The notes beneath the pieces are model-generated. The model was not told the origin of the DNA and searched no databases. It saw only the letters and a list, made by a program, of their open reading frames with translations. Shown piece by piece: positions 1 through 12,300 of a DNA stretch of 20,000 bases. Origin of the DNA: Acanthaster planci (taxonomy: Eukaryota); the NCBI RefSeq assembly GCF_001949145.1, contig NW_019091362.1, forward strand, positions 289,141 through 309,140, written 5' to 3'. Every line of letters begins with the position of its first letter. Positions within the stretch are counted from its first letter, which is position 1. The translations under genes and the position numbers were made by a program.

Positions 1-1149
1 CGCACACTGGGAAAAAGTCAAAATCAGATCAGACGAGCGATGCTGTGCGGTGGTACTGTATTTTTCTCTGTTACTTTCAAAATAAATCATTCTACCACTT
101 GTTTTGCCCCCCCCCATAATTTTGTCACCAATAACATGCATAAGATTGTGAAGGTAAGATTAAGGCATGGCCTTTCAAGCAAATAAAACATAATTTTCAA
201 ATAAGCTTTCACAATGATTTTTGAGTGGCGAATGAAATGTACAAGGCTGGCTGACAAGCACTGCATTACTGAGACAATGACTATCATTTGGATCACGTGA
301 GGGCGCACTACTTTAAATATTTACTTGGCGATGTTTCTGCATATAGTACCCTTGGCATACTTACTAGACCAAACTAGTAACGGACCCGTATCGAGAAGTT
401 TATACTCTGGGCGGTTTTTAAGTAACATTTTACCCTTTACCTTTCATATTTTGAGAAGCCTGTCGGTGAATTTGGAGATGTTTTGTTGAGTCATTGTTTT
501 GTAAGTTTGTTGGGAAAGAGTTCCGTATAGCCTGTACTACGGCCAAAACATGTATCCAAAATGGATATGCCCTCATGCTGGGTCCAATGATGAGTGAAAG
601 TAGATCTTCAAACTGGAATCAACGGGTACTATAACAAATCTTCAAGTTTTTCATCAGTAACATTAAGGGGGGTTAAGAACGTCTGTTTTAAATGTAGTTT
701 TCACTCCTCAGTGTAGAGAATTAAGTAGGCCTTTGGCCTATTACTTTCTTTTGCCTGCACCCGCTGGTCATGCTGCTTCAAACCAACTTTAGAGTTGAGG
801 CCGAATATCGAAGGGAGCAACTTTATTAAGGGAACTATTCTATTAAAGAAAACAAAACATTTTATTTTTGGTTACGTGCAGAACATTATATTAAAATCTT
901 TCTTTCCTAAAAGCATGTTGATAAGTGATTCTATTTTTCGTCTGTCTATTGAGTGTGCTGATGGAGTGACTTTGCGTGCCTTTAAGCTTTGAGGAAACGT
1001 CACTTTGGCCTGGTCATGCCGTGGCCTTACAGTGATTGTTCTAGCCAGATAGTAAGTAAGAGTAAGTGCGCAGGAACTTTGAGCAAACATGAATGGAAGG
1101 GGGTATCGGCCGATTTGGGAAAGGAGTAATACACTTATCTCCCCAGGTC

Positions 1150-1545
1150 CATTAAAAGTTGGTGTCGGTGCATTTCTGGCGCATGGGCACCGATGAAACT
1201 TGAATATTGGTTGTGGTTATGAGATGTGTACCGATCTGATCGCATCCTTGACGAGCAGAGCAAAAACTCTTATACGCCAGCATTTTGCTTGAGTCTGTAC
1301 CGTACCACTGAGTCCCTACATTCGAAACGCCCACAATTTGGCGGGAATTTCTTCCACGCCCCGGATGATGTCTGGCTTCCAGTCTCGCAATATGGGTGTT
1401 TGAATAATTAGTATCCCTTGCACCAGGCTTACCATTGAGGTCATTTGTTGACTGACGTGGGACGAGCAAGCGCAGCCGGCCGAGCCAGATGCCAGACCAG
1501 GTGTTCTTTAACTTCAAGGAATCTCCAAAACATTGTTGATTGATC
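1150..1545 (+). promoter_or_regulatory. Probable CpG-rich promoter/5'UTR of the THAP-ZF gene
   Basis: CpG density is visibly higher than in the introns. E2F-like TTTGGCGGGAA at 1337-1347, ETS-like CCGGATG at ~1361, TGACGT at ~1453. The motifs are short and unvalidated. Confidence 0.45.
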
Positions 1546-1893
1546 ATGCCGACAACGTGTATAGCCGGTGGATGCAGCAAAACGTCGAAGGATGGTGTCA
1601 GTCTTCACTCTTTCCCAGCTGATCCTACATACCGGACGATTTGGGAGGACAAAGTCAAGTTAACCAGACCTAATTGGTCCGGTCCAAGCAGTTCCTCAAA
1701 ACTCTGCAGCGATCACTTCGAACCATCTTGTTTCGAGAGTGGTCTGGAATATCTCTTCGGTATCAGCGTAAAGAAAAGGCTGAAGCCTGAGGCCATACCT
1801 ACAAAGTTTGCACCTGCAGGCAAAGAAAAAACGAAACCAAGGAACGAACGGCGCAAGCCCAAAGGAGCCTTCCGTAAAAGGAAGAAATTCAGG
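1546..1893 (+). CDS. Exon 1 of THAP-domain/C2H2 zinc-finger gene (THAP DNA-binding domain)
   Basis: MPTTCIAGGC...SLHSFP...W...KLCSDHFEPSCF...LKPEAIPT matches the THAP C2CH signature with conserved P, W, F and AVPT-like box, followed by basic KRKKFR. Phase-0 donor AGG|GTAGGC at 1893/1894. Confidence 0.92.
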
Positions 1894-4800
1894 GTAGGCC
1901 CTATGCCATAGCCTAGGGCCCTATTATTTTTATGATCATGGGCCTAGTATTATTATTATTATTATTGAACGTTATTTTTATAGCCTAGGCCTACTCTTGT
2001 GGTCCGAGTAACTTGGACTCAACGAAGGCGGTGTGAAGTTAGTTAGGCCTAGGCCTACTTATTACTTATTTCCTTTTTGAAATTTGTTATTCAATGTTGA
2101 ACAAGTAACAATTGATTCGATATTCAACGTTACTTTTAAGCTTTGGCGACCGCTTAGGATGCACATCCCTAGCCAGAGAAACAATGGAGTGCCAAAGGGA
2201 CAAAAAACAAACAGCGAAACCTACATTTGAGGGCTTGTTTGACCACAAGAAATGCCATGCCCTGGGCTGCTGGGGTACAAGGAGTCTCACTGATTGATGA
2301 GAACAGATTCATTGTAATCTCCAGTCCCAGGCGGCATGCGGGGCATGGGTACTTCTAGCCCCAGACTGGGGGCCAGTCTACTGGACTTCTCCATATCCTA
2401 GGCCCCACAGCAGTCCATTCAAAAAAAGGGGACTCAGTGAAAATGCCTTCTATGAAACTCCCTCTGGGTACATGGATCTCTTACCCCATCGATAGCGCCT
2501 AGTCTGATGTATTACTTTGGGGGATTTCCAATTTGTAGAAATTCATGAAAATTTGGTTTCGATTTGGGCCATTTGTTAACTACAGCAACTAGGCCTAACT
2601 CCTGATCGCTGACCGATGCCACATACAGTCTGGATCTGTTGGGTCTGGGAACCAGACAGCATTAAAGACGGTTATCCTATGTTAAAAAGTCAATTGGTAG
2701 AGTCCAAGTTACTCAGACTATCACTGAATAGTTCAACACCCCTAATACCGTCCTGCGAAGGTATCATGTTCACAGTCACTAGGTCAATGTCACAAAAAAA
2801 TAATCCACTTACATGCAGCCAAGTTTAAGTGTAATTAGAACTCAGCCAAACCAGAAAAAGAGGCATTTTCTTGGCAACCCACGGTACATGTACATATAGC
2901 CTTACAGGGTTCGTGCCCAACCCGATGCACTTTTCAAGCCACTCCATGACAATTACAGCTAAATTCATGGCTGAGCATGCTGAGTGTGAGGTGGTGTGTG
3001 ACTTCTAAGTCAAACATTTTGAATTCCCCAGGCAAACAGGGCTGAGCACTCACACTAAGCCATGAAGCAGTTGTGAAATCAGCTTGAAAGGTACAATGGA
3101 CAAATGAACATATGTTTGAATGTGGGCATAGAATCTAATAATTCTCCTGTCATGTTTCGACGTAAATTGCAGGTACATGTGCTAACTCATTGCAGCATGT
3201 ACCAACATGTGAGAGAGGGACTTATCCTCAAAAATTCACATTTTAACAAGAACAAGATCAGAATTGCATATACAAATGTGTTGTGTGTGTTCCAAATAAA
3301 GTTTCTTTATTTTTTATTTGTAAATGGCATGTTCTTCATAAGATGGACCAAAATGCAACTCTGGATGTCATTTTTCAAAACTTCTAAAAGAGTGACTTTG
3401 ATCGTGTAAAATACAAATTAGCACCTTCAGATTTATAAAAATGATTATGTGGGGATAATTAGGCACACTGTGCTCATTTGGTGGACATTTGGTTGGTTAC
3501 CAGTGCAAATCAAATGGAGTTGAATTCATTTAAAGTTTTACGTCAAAGTGTTTACACAAGAGGACTTGATTTTAAAACTTCTCTCAAGAAGGAGAATTCA
3601 GTATATTTTTGACTGATGTATTTTATAGCACCTAAGAAATAACTTTTTAAAAATATAAGCCATGAAAATAGAGCGCAAAATTGACAAAAAAATGATGAGA
3701 AAAGTTTGGCTCTCTTCATTCTCTTACTGTTTAAAATCACTCTCACTATACCAGCATATCTGCCAGGTCTTATACCTTTGAACCACCGAAAATTATCTTT
3801 AAGTTTGGCTGCATTAGAAATGTATAATGAGTACAATATGTTCGTTGTGAACGTCATATTTGACAGAATTTTGATGACGTTTGAAAAAAAAAATGCATGA
3901 TGGACAAGAATGCTGAAAATGCTGTCACATGTACAGTAATGCTTGAAATTTCCATGTTCATTTTGCTGCTTATTTTGGAGATATCCCCGCTAAAAATTAA
4001 ATAAAAATTAACAACTCTGAGCATTAGATTTTATTCATGAATTGTATTTTATGTCTCTTTTTTTTCTGAACGTCATTCAGAATGACCGATTTTCTTTTGA
4101 GAAACCTTGGTCCAAAGAGAAAAATCGCAGAGTGTTGCCATTCTGTGCAGGGGCTCATAAATATCGAATGAAAAAGAGGGCACACTATCTGGGTTGATGT
4201 CAAAGGTCAAACAGGCCACAATGCAGTGTAACATTTCTCTAACGGCACCGTGAGAGAATGATGGAAGCCGCAAAATCGCCACAATCGGTATTTTGGACTT
4301 CAGTTTTCCAAAACGTACTAGAAGCAAATGTGAGAGGTTCAATCGTAACAGAATGATGGTTTGGCAGTGCTTTTTTTTTTAAACTTGTGTTATACATCTA
4401 TTTGGATTTTACTCGCTATTTTTTTGTGGTCGATTTTTTTTTTACACGTATGACAGAATCAAATGACGTTCATGACTGCCAATTTCAGGACCTGATTAAT
4501 TGTGAGAGGTATTTTGTGATAATGATTTTAATATGTGTAAATATTATCACCTTACACCACATATAAATCTGTGTAAAATAACTGTTGGGATTATCACTCC
4601 TTGGTAAATTTTAGTGGCTAGGATTTCAACAGGTTGTTCACGTCCGTCAAAAATGCTGACGTTCAAGACTTTAATTAATTAACTCCAATTAAGTTGAAAG
4701 GTGGACAGGGTCATCATTGTTCCAGATATCAGCCATGACTTCCCTCATTACATCAGACATTGGGAATTAATTCACTGCTGTTCACTTCAGGAAAAATGAA

Positions 4801-5590
4801 CCCCCAAAGTTGAACATTATCAAATGGTCCATACATGTGTATTTTGAGGCCTGCCAAAAACACTCTACCTTTGACAGTTTCCCTATTCACAATGCGCAAC
4901 TTGATCATGTACTTGTATTAACATTTGATAATACTTGCTGCTTAAAAACACTGGCACCGGAATACGAGACGGTTTAATCCATTTCTACTTTTCAAGAGTC
5001 TGTGTGTGCCGCAGCGCGCAGAATTTGCCATGTGCATGCCAAGTCCATGTAACTTATAAGAAGATTCTTTGCACAAGGAGTATACCATACAATGGACGAG
5101 AGTGTTCGAGAAATGACAGTAAAAATTTTTGAACAAAATCGTCAGAAATCTGTCATAGATTGACTTCTTTTGACTCTCTGACTAAAAAAGGTACATACAT
5201 GTAGAAGTATTTATGATTATGAATGGGAATAAATATGTGCTTGGCTGGTCTTAGACTAACGTTTAAGACCGGCTAAGGAGACTGAATGCTGATAATACCC
5301 TCACCTGTGGCTTGGGCATTATTCCTACCCCTTCTCCTGAACCTAGAATTAAACACACGTAAGACTGGCCAAGCAAATACATGCATTTATACCCTTATTT
5401 TAATCAGCAGATCAGGTTGCGTACGTGCCACATGCACACTTTTTAACTTTGACGTAATTTTGAAAATTACACTTTGATTTTTCATTTGTGTAATATTATC
5501 ACATAGGAATTGTATTTTGTGTCTCATCAATTTAGATTGTTAGCCAGGTTTTTTAGAATTTCATGTTTGAAATTGAAATTTTGCTTGTAG

Positions 5591-6859
5591 ATTCTAAATG
5601 AGGTTCTACCAAAGAAACAACAGATATCAGATGAAAAAACTGGACAAGATGATGGAACAGCATCAGTAAGCAGACGGTGTGAGAGCAGACTGTGTATTGA
5701 ACAGAAGGCTACACAATCCTTGCCAAGTGTCCATTCTGAAAGTGGTGTCAGTGGACATGATGATGAACATGTTGTGCCAGACGAATGCCTTAGAGGTCTG
5801 CCTCGACAATTTGTGCAGCCATCAACATCAGAAGAGTATCAGGACTCCGTAACCAACTACCAGCAACTGCCTAGCAACGAGCTGTCCGTACCACGTTCAT
5901 CTGCAGTCCCTGTCAAACTGGAGAAAGCCCAGGATAATAGTAGTGTTAAAACCAAGAGCAATGAACAGTCATCCAGTCAGAGCCCAGTACATTCACCAAG
6001 TAATACCAAACCTGTGGTTAAAGCACCAATCAATGTTGTATCAAAGAAAGGTTTGTTGAGCACTGCTGCAGAACTATGTACAGCAATCCAACAACAGCAG
6101 CCAGGCAGCACAGGTAAAACTGTGTATTTCCTCGTTGATAATGCAGCCCCAACACTTCCCTCCCCGCCTCCTGTCATTTACATACGTGTAGTGAAGCAGA
6201 AATTACAGGGTAATGTTGGATCCCAGCAGCAGGTATGTGAACAGAAGCAGCTGGTGTTCCCAGGAAATCCGACAGACTCTATACTTCAATCAAACCCAGG
6301 ACTTATCAAGACTGGCTCTGTTGGACAGCCTGTACGGGTAAATGTTCAACAAGAGAGTTGTCAAGAGTCCAAGAACGATGTAGGAAATCAGCCGGAAGCA
6401 CCTGAAGAGAAGCAGGAGACTACCCAAGGAGGTCAAAGTGTTCCTGGGCCAAGATCTGATTTAGGTTGGATCAAAACTGAACCTGGAACTGAGCAAGAGT
6501 TGTTGAATATCAAGAGAGAATATGACAGTGGCGTCGGCTTTGATTTCACTTGCTCAAGAGAAGTAGTTCAGAGAGAAATCTGTCTTGATGGAAACAAGGA
6601 TGAGAATAATGTGGAAGTCGTCGTGAAACAAGAATTATTTGAAAGAGCAGAGAATGAGAACAGTGGTGTTGGTGATCAGAGAGCTGGGGATATAAGTAAT
6701 ACTTGCCCTCAGGAAGGTGACCAGAATTCAGGACGTGATGAAAATGCAGAGATATCTGAAGATGATGAAGATGATGATGATGACCATTTGGAAATGGAAG
6801 ATGATTCTAGGGACGAGGACTATGTCCCTGAGGTCAAAGTTCACGCATCTAGAAAAAAG
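5591..6859 (+). CDS. Exon 2 of THAP/zinc-finger gene (low-complexity Q/S/E-rich linker, acidic end)
   Basis: Acceptor TTTTGCTTGTAG|ATT is in frame with ORF 5720-6943. The exon is 423 open codons and joins exon 1 as KRKKFR|ILNEVL. Phase-0 donor AAG|GTATTC at 6859/6860. Confidence 0.85.
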
Positions 6860-7746
6860 GTATTCAAAATTTTAATATTTAGTGTGGGCATGATTCAAGG
6901 AAAAATCAACCAATTTTGGGGGGGCAGGGAAGGGAACCTGTGAATGTTTTTATGTACAGTGTACATTAATGTTTTGCAACCTTTGTTAGGTATGAGGCTA
7001 CATTTTGAGGTTTTTTCATGCTTGTGGAAAGGAATGAAAATTTATCTTTTTCTCACTGTTTTCCAGAAGCTAATTTTTTGCTCCTTTTGTTGGGGGCATG
7101 GCCTTCCTTGATACACCCTATCTACCCTTGACAAAATTCAAGGAAGATTGAGAATTAGATATTTTTCAAGATTTTTCAAGGAGTTGAAGAGTTTGTGTTT
7201 AGATGTTTTTTAGGGAAGCTACCCCATTTCTTTGATGCTATAAATGAACAATGAAAACATTAATCAGTAGTTACAAATTGTGGCAGGTTTCAAAGAAATC
7301 TGACAAACTTGAAACTGACAACATGTACATGTATGTGCCTTTCCTGTTAAAACATGTTGGTCAAAGTACTCTTATGTACTGGTATGCAACAAATTCCAAA
7401 GAAATAAACTGAAAAGATAAATAAATGTAGTTGTTGACATGAGTCTATATCTCAGAAAAGCAACATGTTAGCTTTTTCCGAGCAATGAATTGGACATAAA
7501 CGGGAGTGATTATACAGTAGGCCTACAGGTACATGTGCATGTATCTTGGTAGTAAAATTGCCAGAGATTAGAGAATGTAAGAATCCTAAATCTACTCTTC
7601 CAATTGAAACTGTGGTCTGATTGCAGATTCCCTGGAAGGAATTACTATACGTAGAAGATGAGAGGTAGTACATCCAACTGTTGATGTGTCTGACTTTTTG
7701 AGTTTTCAATGGCAATTCTCTGCTAATGTTCTGAATTCCTGTGTAG

Positions 7747-7976
7747 AAATGGGGAGGAAGAGTTTTACGCTGCAGACAAACTGATCAGAAAGCTTCCTCA
7801 GAGCTTGAGCAAGGTCAGTCAGATGAGGTAGATGGAGAATCAAAGAGCAGTGATGGCTCAGAGGGAAGTCTGTGTTTGTCATCAGACTCGGGAAGTGACA
7901 TGATTTCATCTGATGATGACTGGGATGAAAGAGAACGAAGGGAGAGGCGAGTGCAGAAAAAGAAACAGGGGGAAAG
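7747..7976 (+). CDS. Exon 3 of THAP/zinc-finger gene (acidic Ser/Asp-rich then basic)
   Basis: Acceptor TTCCTGTGTAG|AAA; open in phase 0 (KWGGRVLRCRQ...SSDDDWDERERRERRVQKKKQGE); consensus donor AG|GTAAGT in phase 2, matching exon 4. Confidence 0.82.
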
Positions 7977-8358
7977 GTAAGTTCATGAAACTCAAATTTG
8001 GGGCGGGGGTTGTGCCATATTTTATGAATAATGGATGTTTAGGAGTAACTTGGTAAGGATAACACAAGATGATTTAATGAAATGGAATTGAACAATCTCA
8101 CAGTCACCTCATTTAATTCTTACCATTGCACTCATAAACATTCATTTCTTGTATAACAACCCTGAATAAGTCCCAGCTTTACTTATGAATTTACTTTTCT
8201 TGTGACTGGAATGCAATGCTCTATCTACCTTCTTGTACTGTACTTCTATTTCGACATTGCTGCCACGCCTTGTGCTTGGATAACTGAATCAGTGGTGCAT
8301 GACCGACAACCAGGCCTTGACTTTGAGCTGATTTTTATCAATTAGCCCATCAGTCAAG

Positions 8359-8811
8359 TTTATTTATTTATTATTCCATTTCTTTACCCTGGGTATGTCC
8401 AAACAGTTACAAATTGGTTTCCATTGGGGCCCTGCGACCATTACAAATTAATAAAATTGGTACAAACTCATGATGAAAAGTCAAGTTGACAAATACGACA
8501 AACGTTAATATTTACAAATACAGACCACTAAAACACCATACACATGTGAACATTTAAATAAGGCATTAATTAAATACTGAACACGGGATGGGCAAAAACC
8601 CCGCAAAAAACCCTATGGGGAAAAAGAACACAGGGAAACTCACGATCTGGCTCTATTGAACATTGGCAACCAAGTTAACAACTCCATAGATCAGCATTTG
8701 GGACTTGGAGCGTAGCATTCTTTTTTGGTTAAAGGGACTTTAAGTGCCTTGTTAACTGAGTACCTTGTTTCACAAATCTGTGTGAATGGCATAAGCAGAC
8801 TTGTCATATAC
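8359..8811 (-). mobile_element. 3' part of the same LINE (ORF2 C-terminus, 3'UTR and (TAAA)n tail)
   Basis: The - strand continues YMTSLLMPFTQICETRYSVNKALKVP right across the Gypsy insertion, resembling the L2/CR1 C-terminal 'YM....TR.S...L.VP' pattern. It ends CAGGGCCCCAATGGAAACCA...TACCCAGGGTAAAGAAATGGAATAATAAATAAATAAA. Confidence 0.7.
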
Positions 8812-9072
8812 TGTGGCGCCGGTGGGTTTGGCTGGTGGGGGTGCCAGCTCGGAGCTAGCTGGCTGCCCCCACTGGTATGCGAACGGCCTGCGGCTTTCCC
8901 GCTTTGCGCCTGCGCAGTCCCCGTCTAGACACCTCGTGACTGGAGCTTTGTGTGTCAGACAGCCCTTTTGCTTTCGTCAAAATAAACACAGCACTTTTGC
9001 CTGGAACAGAGATTTGAGCCTGACCGAGTAGTTCTTTGTCAGCGTCAGAGCCCATAGACAGGACACGCTACA
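8812..9072 (+). repeat. 5' LTR (261 bp)
   Basis: TGTGGCG...CGCTACA; direct repeat of 14251-14522 with 21 substitutions and 2 indels by manual alignment; AATAAA at 8981-8986. Confidence 0.95.
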
Positions 9073-9074
9073 AC

Positions 9075-9086
9075 TGGAGGCAGCGG
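9075..9086 (+). promoter_or_regulatory. Primer binding site, probably tRNA-Leu
   Basis: TGGAGGCAGCGG 2 nt after the 5' LTR, one mismatch from TGGTGGCAGCGG, the complement of the tRNA-Leu 3' end. Confidence 0.75.
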
Positions 9087-9109
9087 CGAGACGCTGGATA
9101 CAAGAAAAT

Positions 9110-9118
9110 CAGGTAAAT
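9110..9118 (+). promoter_or_regulatory. Candidate retrotransposon leader splice donor
   Basis: CAG|GTAAAT ~25 nt downstream of the PBS, the position of env-type subgenomic donors. Confidence 0.55.
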
Positions 9119-9137
9119 TCTTCGCCTATTCTGTGCC

Positions 9138-9300
9138 TTGGAGTTGGTGGATGATTTGGATTGGGTACCGAACTCGCTGGACAGCTCACGGGTCCGGTGC
9201 TACGGGTGCCGCGAGTATGGGCATTTCTGCCAGGATTGCCCGCGTGGGAGGGGAAGGGCGGCGCCGTCCAGGGCCAGCTGCTGGCAGAGCCAGTCTCGAT
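9138..9300 (+). pseudogene. gag: gag remnant (nucleocapsid CCHC zinc knuckle only)
   Basis: CYGCREYGHFCQDC (CX2CX4HX4C) at 9198-9239. There is no room for a capsid domain between the PBS and the knuckle. Confidence 0.8.
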
Positions 9301-9399
9301 GGCGTCGCTGGGGCCGGCCCCTGCGCCGCGGCCATTGGCGGCAGAGACAGGGCCAGCGGCCCGACACAGGGAGACGTCGGCGGTGCCGGCGAACCGGGC

Positions 9400-12300
9400 C
9401 AACTACGCCATCGGCAAGCTGGCCGGCAAGAGAGTGTGGGTGCTCCTAGACACGGGGGGGGCGTAAGTCTCATGTCGGCCAGGGTCTACTACGCGCTTGC
9501 CGGTGCTGACAAACCCAGATTGCAACCAGCTGGACTGTCTCTGCGGATGGCTGATGGTAGCCCAATGAGAGCGCACAGGGTCGCCGACTTCAAACTGCAG
9601 CTGGGGGACCAGTGCACCCTACACACCTACACCGTGGCGGATGTCGAACCCGACGTCACTGTGGGGATAGACTTCATGGCTAATCACCACTGCGAGTGGA
9701 GGTGGAGTGACAACTCACTCATGGTTGATGGCAAGCTGGTTCCCCTGGAGGGGCCGAGCTGCAAGCCAGTGGGGGCACGGGTCCAGGTGGCCGAGAGCGT
9801 GGTAATCCCTGCCAGGCACAAGGTGATTGTGACCGGGAAAGTCTGCGGGGATCGTGCCCAGGGAGTGGGGATGGTGTACCCCAGCTTGGCGGCCATGGAC
9901 CACTGCCAGGTGGCCGTCGCGACGGGTCTAGTGGATACCAGTCAGGGGGCAGGGCCTGTGAGAGTATTCTACCCGATGGGGAGTCTATAAGGGGAGTCTT
10001 CTTGCCATATTCGCCACCGTGGAAGAAGACACAGTGATCGACCCCAAGGAGAGTTCTCAACAGGTGGTTTCAGAGCCGTGCCCTACAGAAGGTTCCGTTT
10101 GGAGCCCCGAGAGCGGTCCGGCGGGCCACGGTTGCCAGGTGGGTTCCTCTCGGAGCCCGGGCGATAGTGTGCCTGCCCACCTGCAGGACCTCCTGGACCT
10201 GGGAGCCGCCTACCTGGACAGCGAGGAACGTGCATGGCTGGCGAGCCTACTGGTAGAGTTCCAGGGTACCTTCACCGGGCCGGATGGCAGGCTTGGCCAA
10301 ACCGACTGGGTCCAGCACCCAATTAACACAGGGACAATGGCAACCTCCTCAGCGGCTTCCGATGCACAAGTGGTTGGAAGCCCAGAGGCAGGTGGACAAG
10401 ATGCTGGCGGATGGGGTAATTAAACTGTTGCACAGCCCCTGGTCTTCGCCGGTGGTCCTGGTGCAGAAGAAGGACGGGTCTGTGCACTTCTGCGTGGACT
10501 ACCGGTGGGTCAGTGCAGCCACCCTGAAGGATGCCTACCACATCCCTCGGATGGAGGATAACTTAGACGCACTCGAGGGAGCCAGGTGGTTCAGTACCCT
10601 TGACTTGGCCAGCGTGTACTGACAGGTCCGCTTGGCGGAGGATGACTTGGAGAAAACGGCTTTCGGGATGCAGAGCAGCCTCTACCAGTTTACCATAATG
10701 CCCTTCAGGATCTTTAACGCTCCGGCCACCTTCGAGTGTCTGATGGAGTGCGTCCTGCGGGGTCTCCAGTGGTAGGTGGCCTTTGTCTACCTGGATGACG
10801 TGATAGTTTGGGGGCGGACCTTTGAGGAGCACTACCAGAGGCTGGCCACGGTGCTGGGGCGGTTCTGGACCGCCAGGCTCAAACTGAAACCACAGAAATG
10901 TGACTTTTTCAAGACGGAGGTGTCCTTTCTGGGCCACTTGGTGTCAGCGTAGGGGGTGCGGAGGGATCCCGCTAAGGTCGCAGTGATCCGTGGTTGGCCA
11001 AGGCCGGCGAACGTGATGCAGGTCCCAAGCTTCCTGGCCCTGGCGTCATATTATCGGCGGTTTATTGCCTACTTTGCCGAGATCGCCCGGCCCCTCCATG
11101 CTTTGACAAGAGCCAGAGGGAGTTTGTGAGGACAGATGCCTGCCAGACGGCGTTCGAACACTTGCAAGATGCCCTAGCTACGGTGCTGGTGTTGCAATAT
11201 CCGGACCCAGGGAGGCACTACATCTTGGATACCGATGCCAGCAACTGCACTATCGGGGCTGTCCTCTCCCAGGAGGGGGAGCACGGAGAGCAGGTAGTGG
11301 CTTATGGGAGTCATATGGGAGAAACTATTGCACCACCCGGAAGGAGCTCCTGTCAGTCGTGCACTTCATGCTCTATTTTAAGCTCTACCTGTTGGGGAAG
11401 CGCTTCCTGTTGAGGACAGACCACGACTCGCTGCGCTGGCTCTTTCATTTTAAAGAGCCAGAGGGGCAGACAGCCAGATGGCTACAGAGGCTGAGGTGCT
11501 ACGAGTGCGACACTGAGCGGGGCAGAAACACATCAACGCTGATGCCATCTCTCGGATACCCTGCAGCCAGTGCGGGCGTTCCCAAGAGGTTGACCAAGAA
11601 TGTTACACGGGGCCGGCCCCTCCGGTGGATTTGGCCCCCCCTCAGAGCTGGCCGCCAGAGGCAGAAGATGAGTCCCTGGCCAACATGGACGGAGAGGAGG
11701 ATGACTCAATTATGGATGGGTTTCCCCACGTCTGGGACCTGAGCAAGCTAGCTCAGGAGCAGCAGGACGACCTGGAGCTGGGACCAGTCCGCCAGTGGCT
11801 GGTGGCGGGGAGCGACCGGCCTGAGTGGGAGGACATCTCCGACCTCGGCGCCGGGGTCAAAAGCTGGTGGTCTAGATGGGACACACTGCGCCTGTTCTGA
11901 GGAGTCTTGCAAGTGAAGTGGGCGAGGGCTGACGGGGGACCCCCCACCTGGAAGATCGCCATCCCGCAGGCCAGGGTGCCCCAGGTTCTACTTCTTGCCC
12001 ACAATCACCGAACTGCTGGACACCTCAGGGTCGCTCGGACCATGGCTGGACTCAGGCAGGCTCCTGTGTATTGGAGGGAGATGAGACAGCAGGCCAAGGA
12101 GTGGTGCCAGAAGTGCCATCTCTGCGGTTCTAAAAAGTCCCCTCCGTGTCCCGGGAGAGCTCCGCTCCGACAATAACTGGTGGGGGCCCCATGGATCGCC
12201 ATTGACCTCACCGGACGCCTGCGCTGAACCAAGGCCGGGAACACCAGCATAATGGTAGTGGCGGACTATTTCACGAAGTGGGTGGAGGCATATCCCCTTC

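Noticed and set aside
441..612. Possible - strand exon of a divergent gene (MRAYPFWIHVLAVVQAIRNS..., donor AAG|GTAAAG)
   Set aside because: Short, no recognisable domain, and no convincing in-phase next exon within the window.
1152..1580. 142-aa - strand ORF over the promoter
   Set aside because: No protein motif; explained by the GC/CpG-rich promoter and overlap with THAP exon 1.
3104..5477. Small AT-rich ORFs in intron 1
   Set aside because: Composition typical of random intronic ORFs; exons 1 and 2 join in frame without them.
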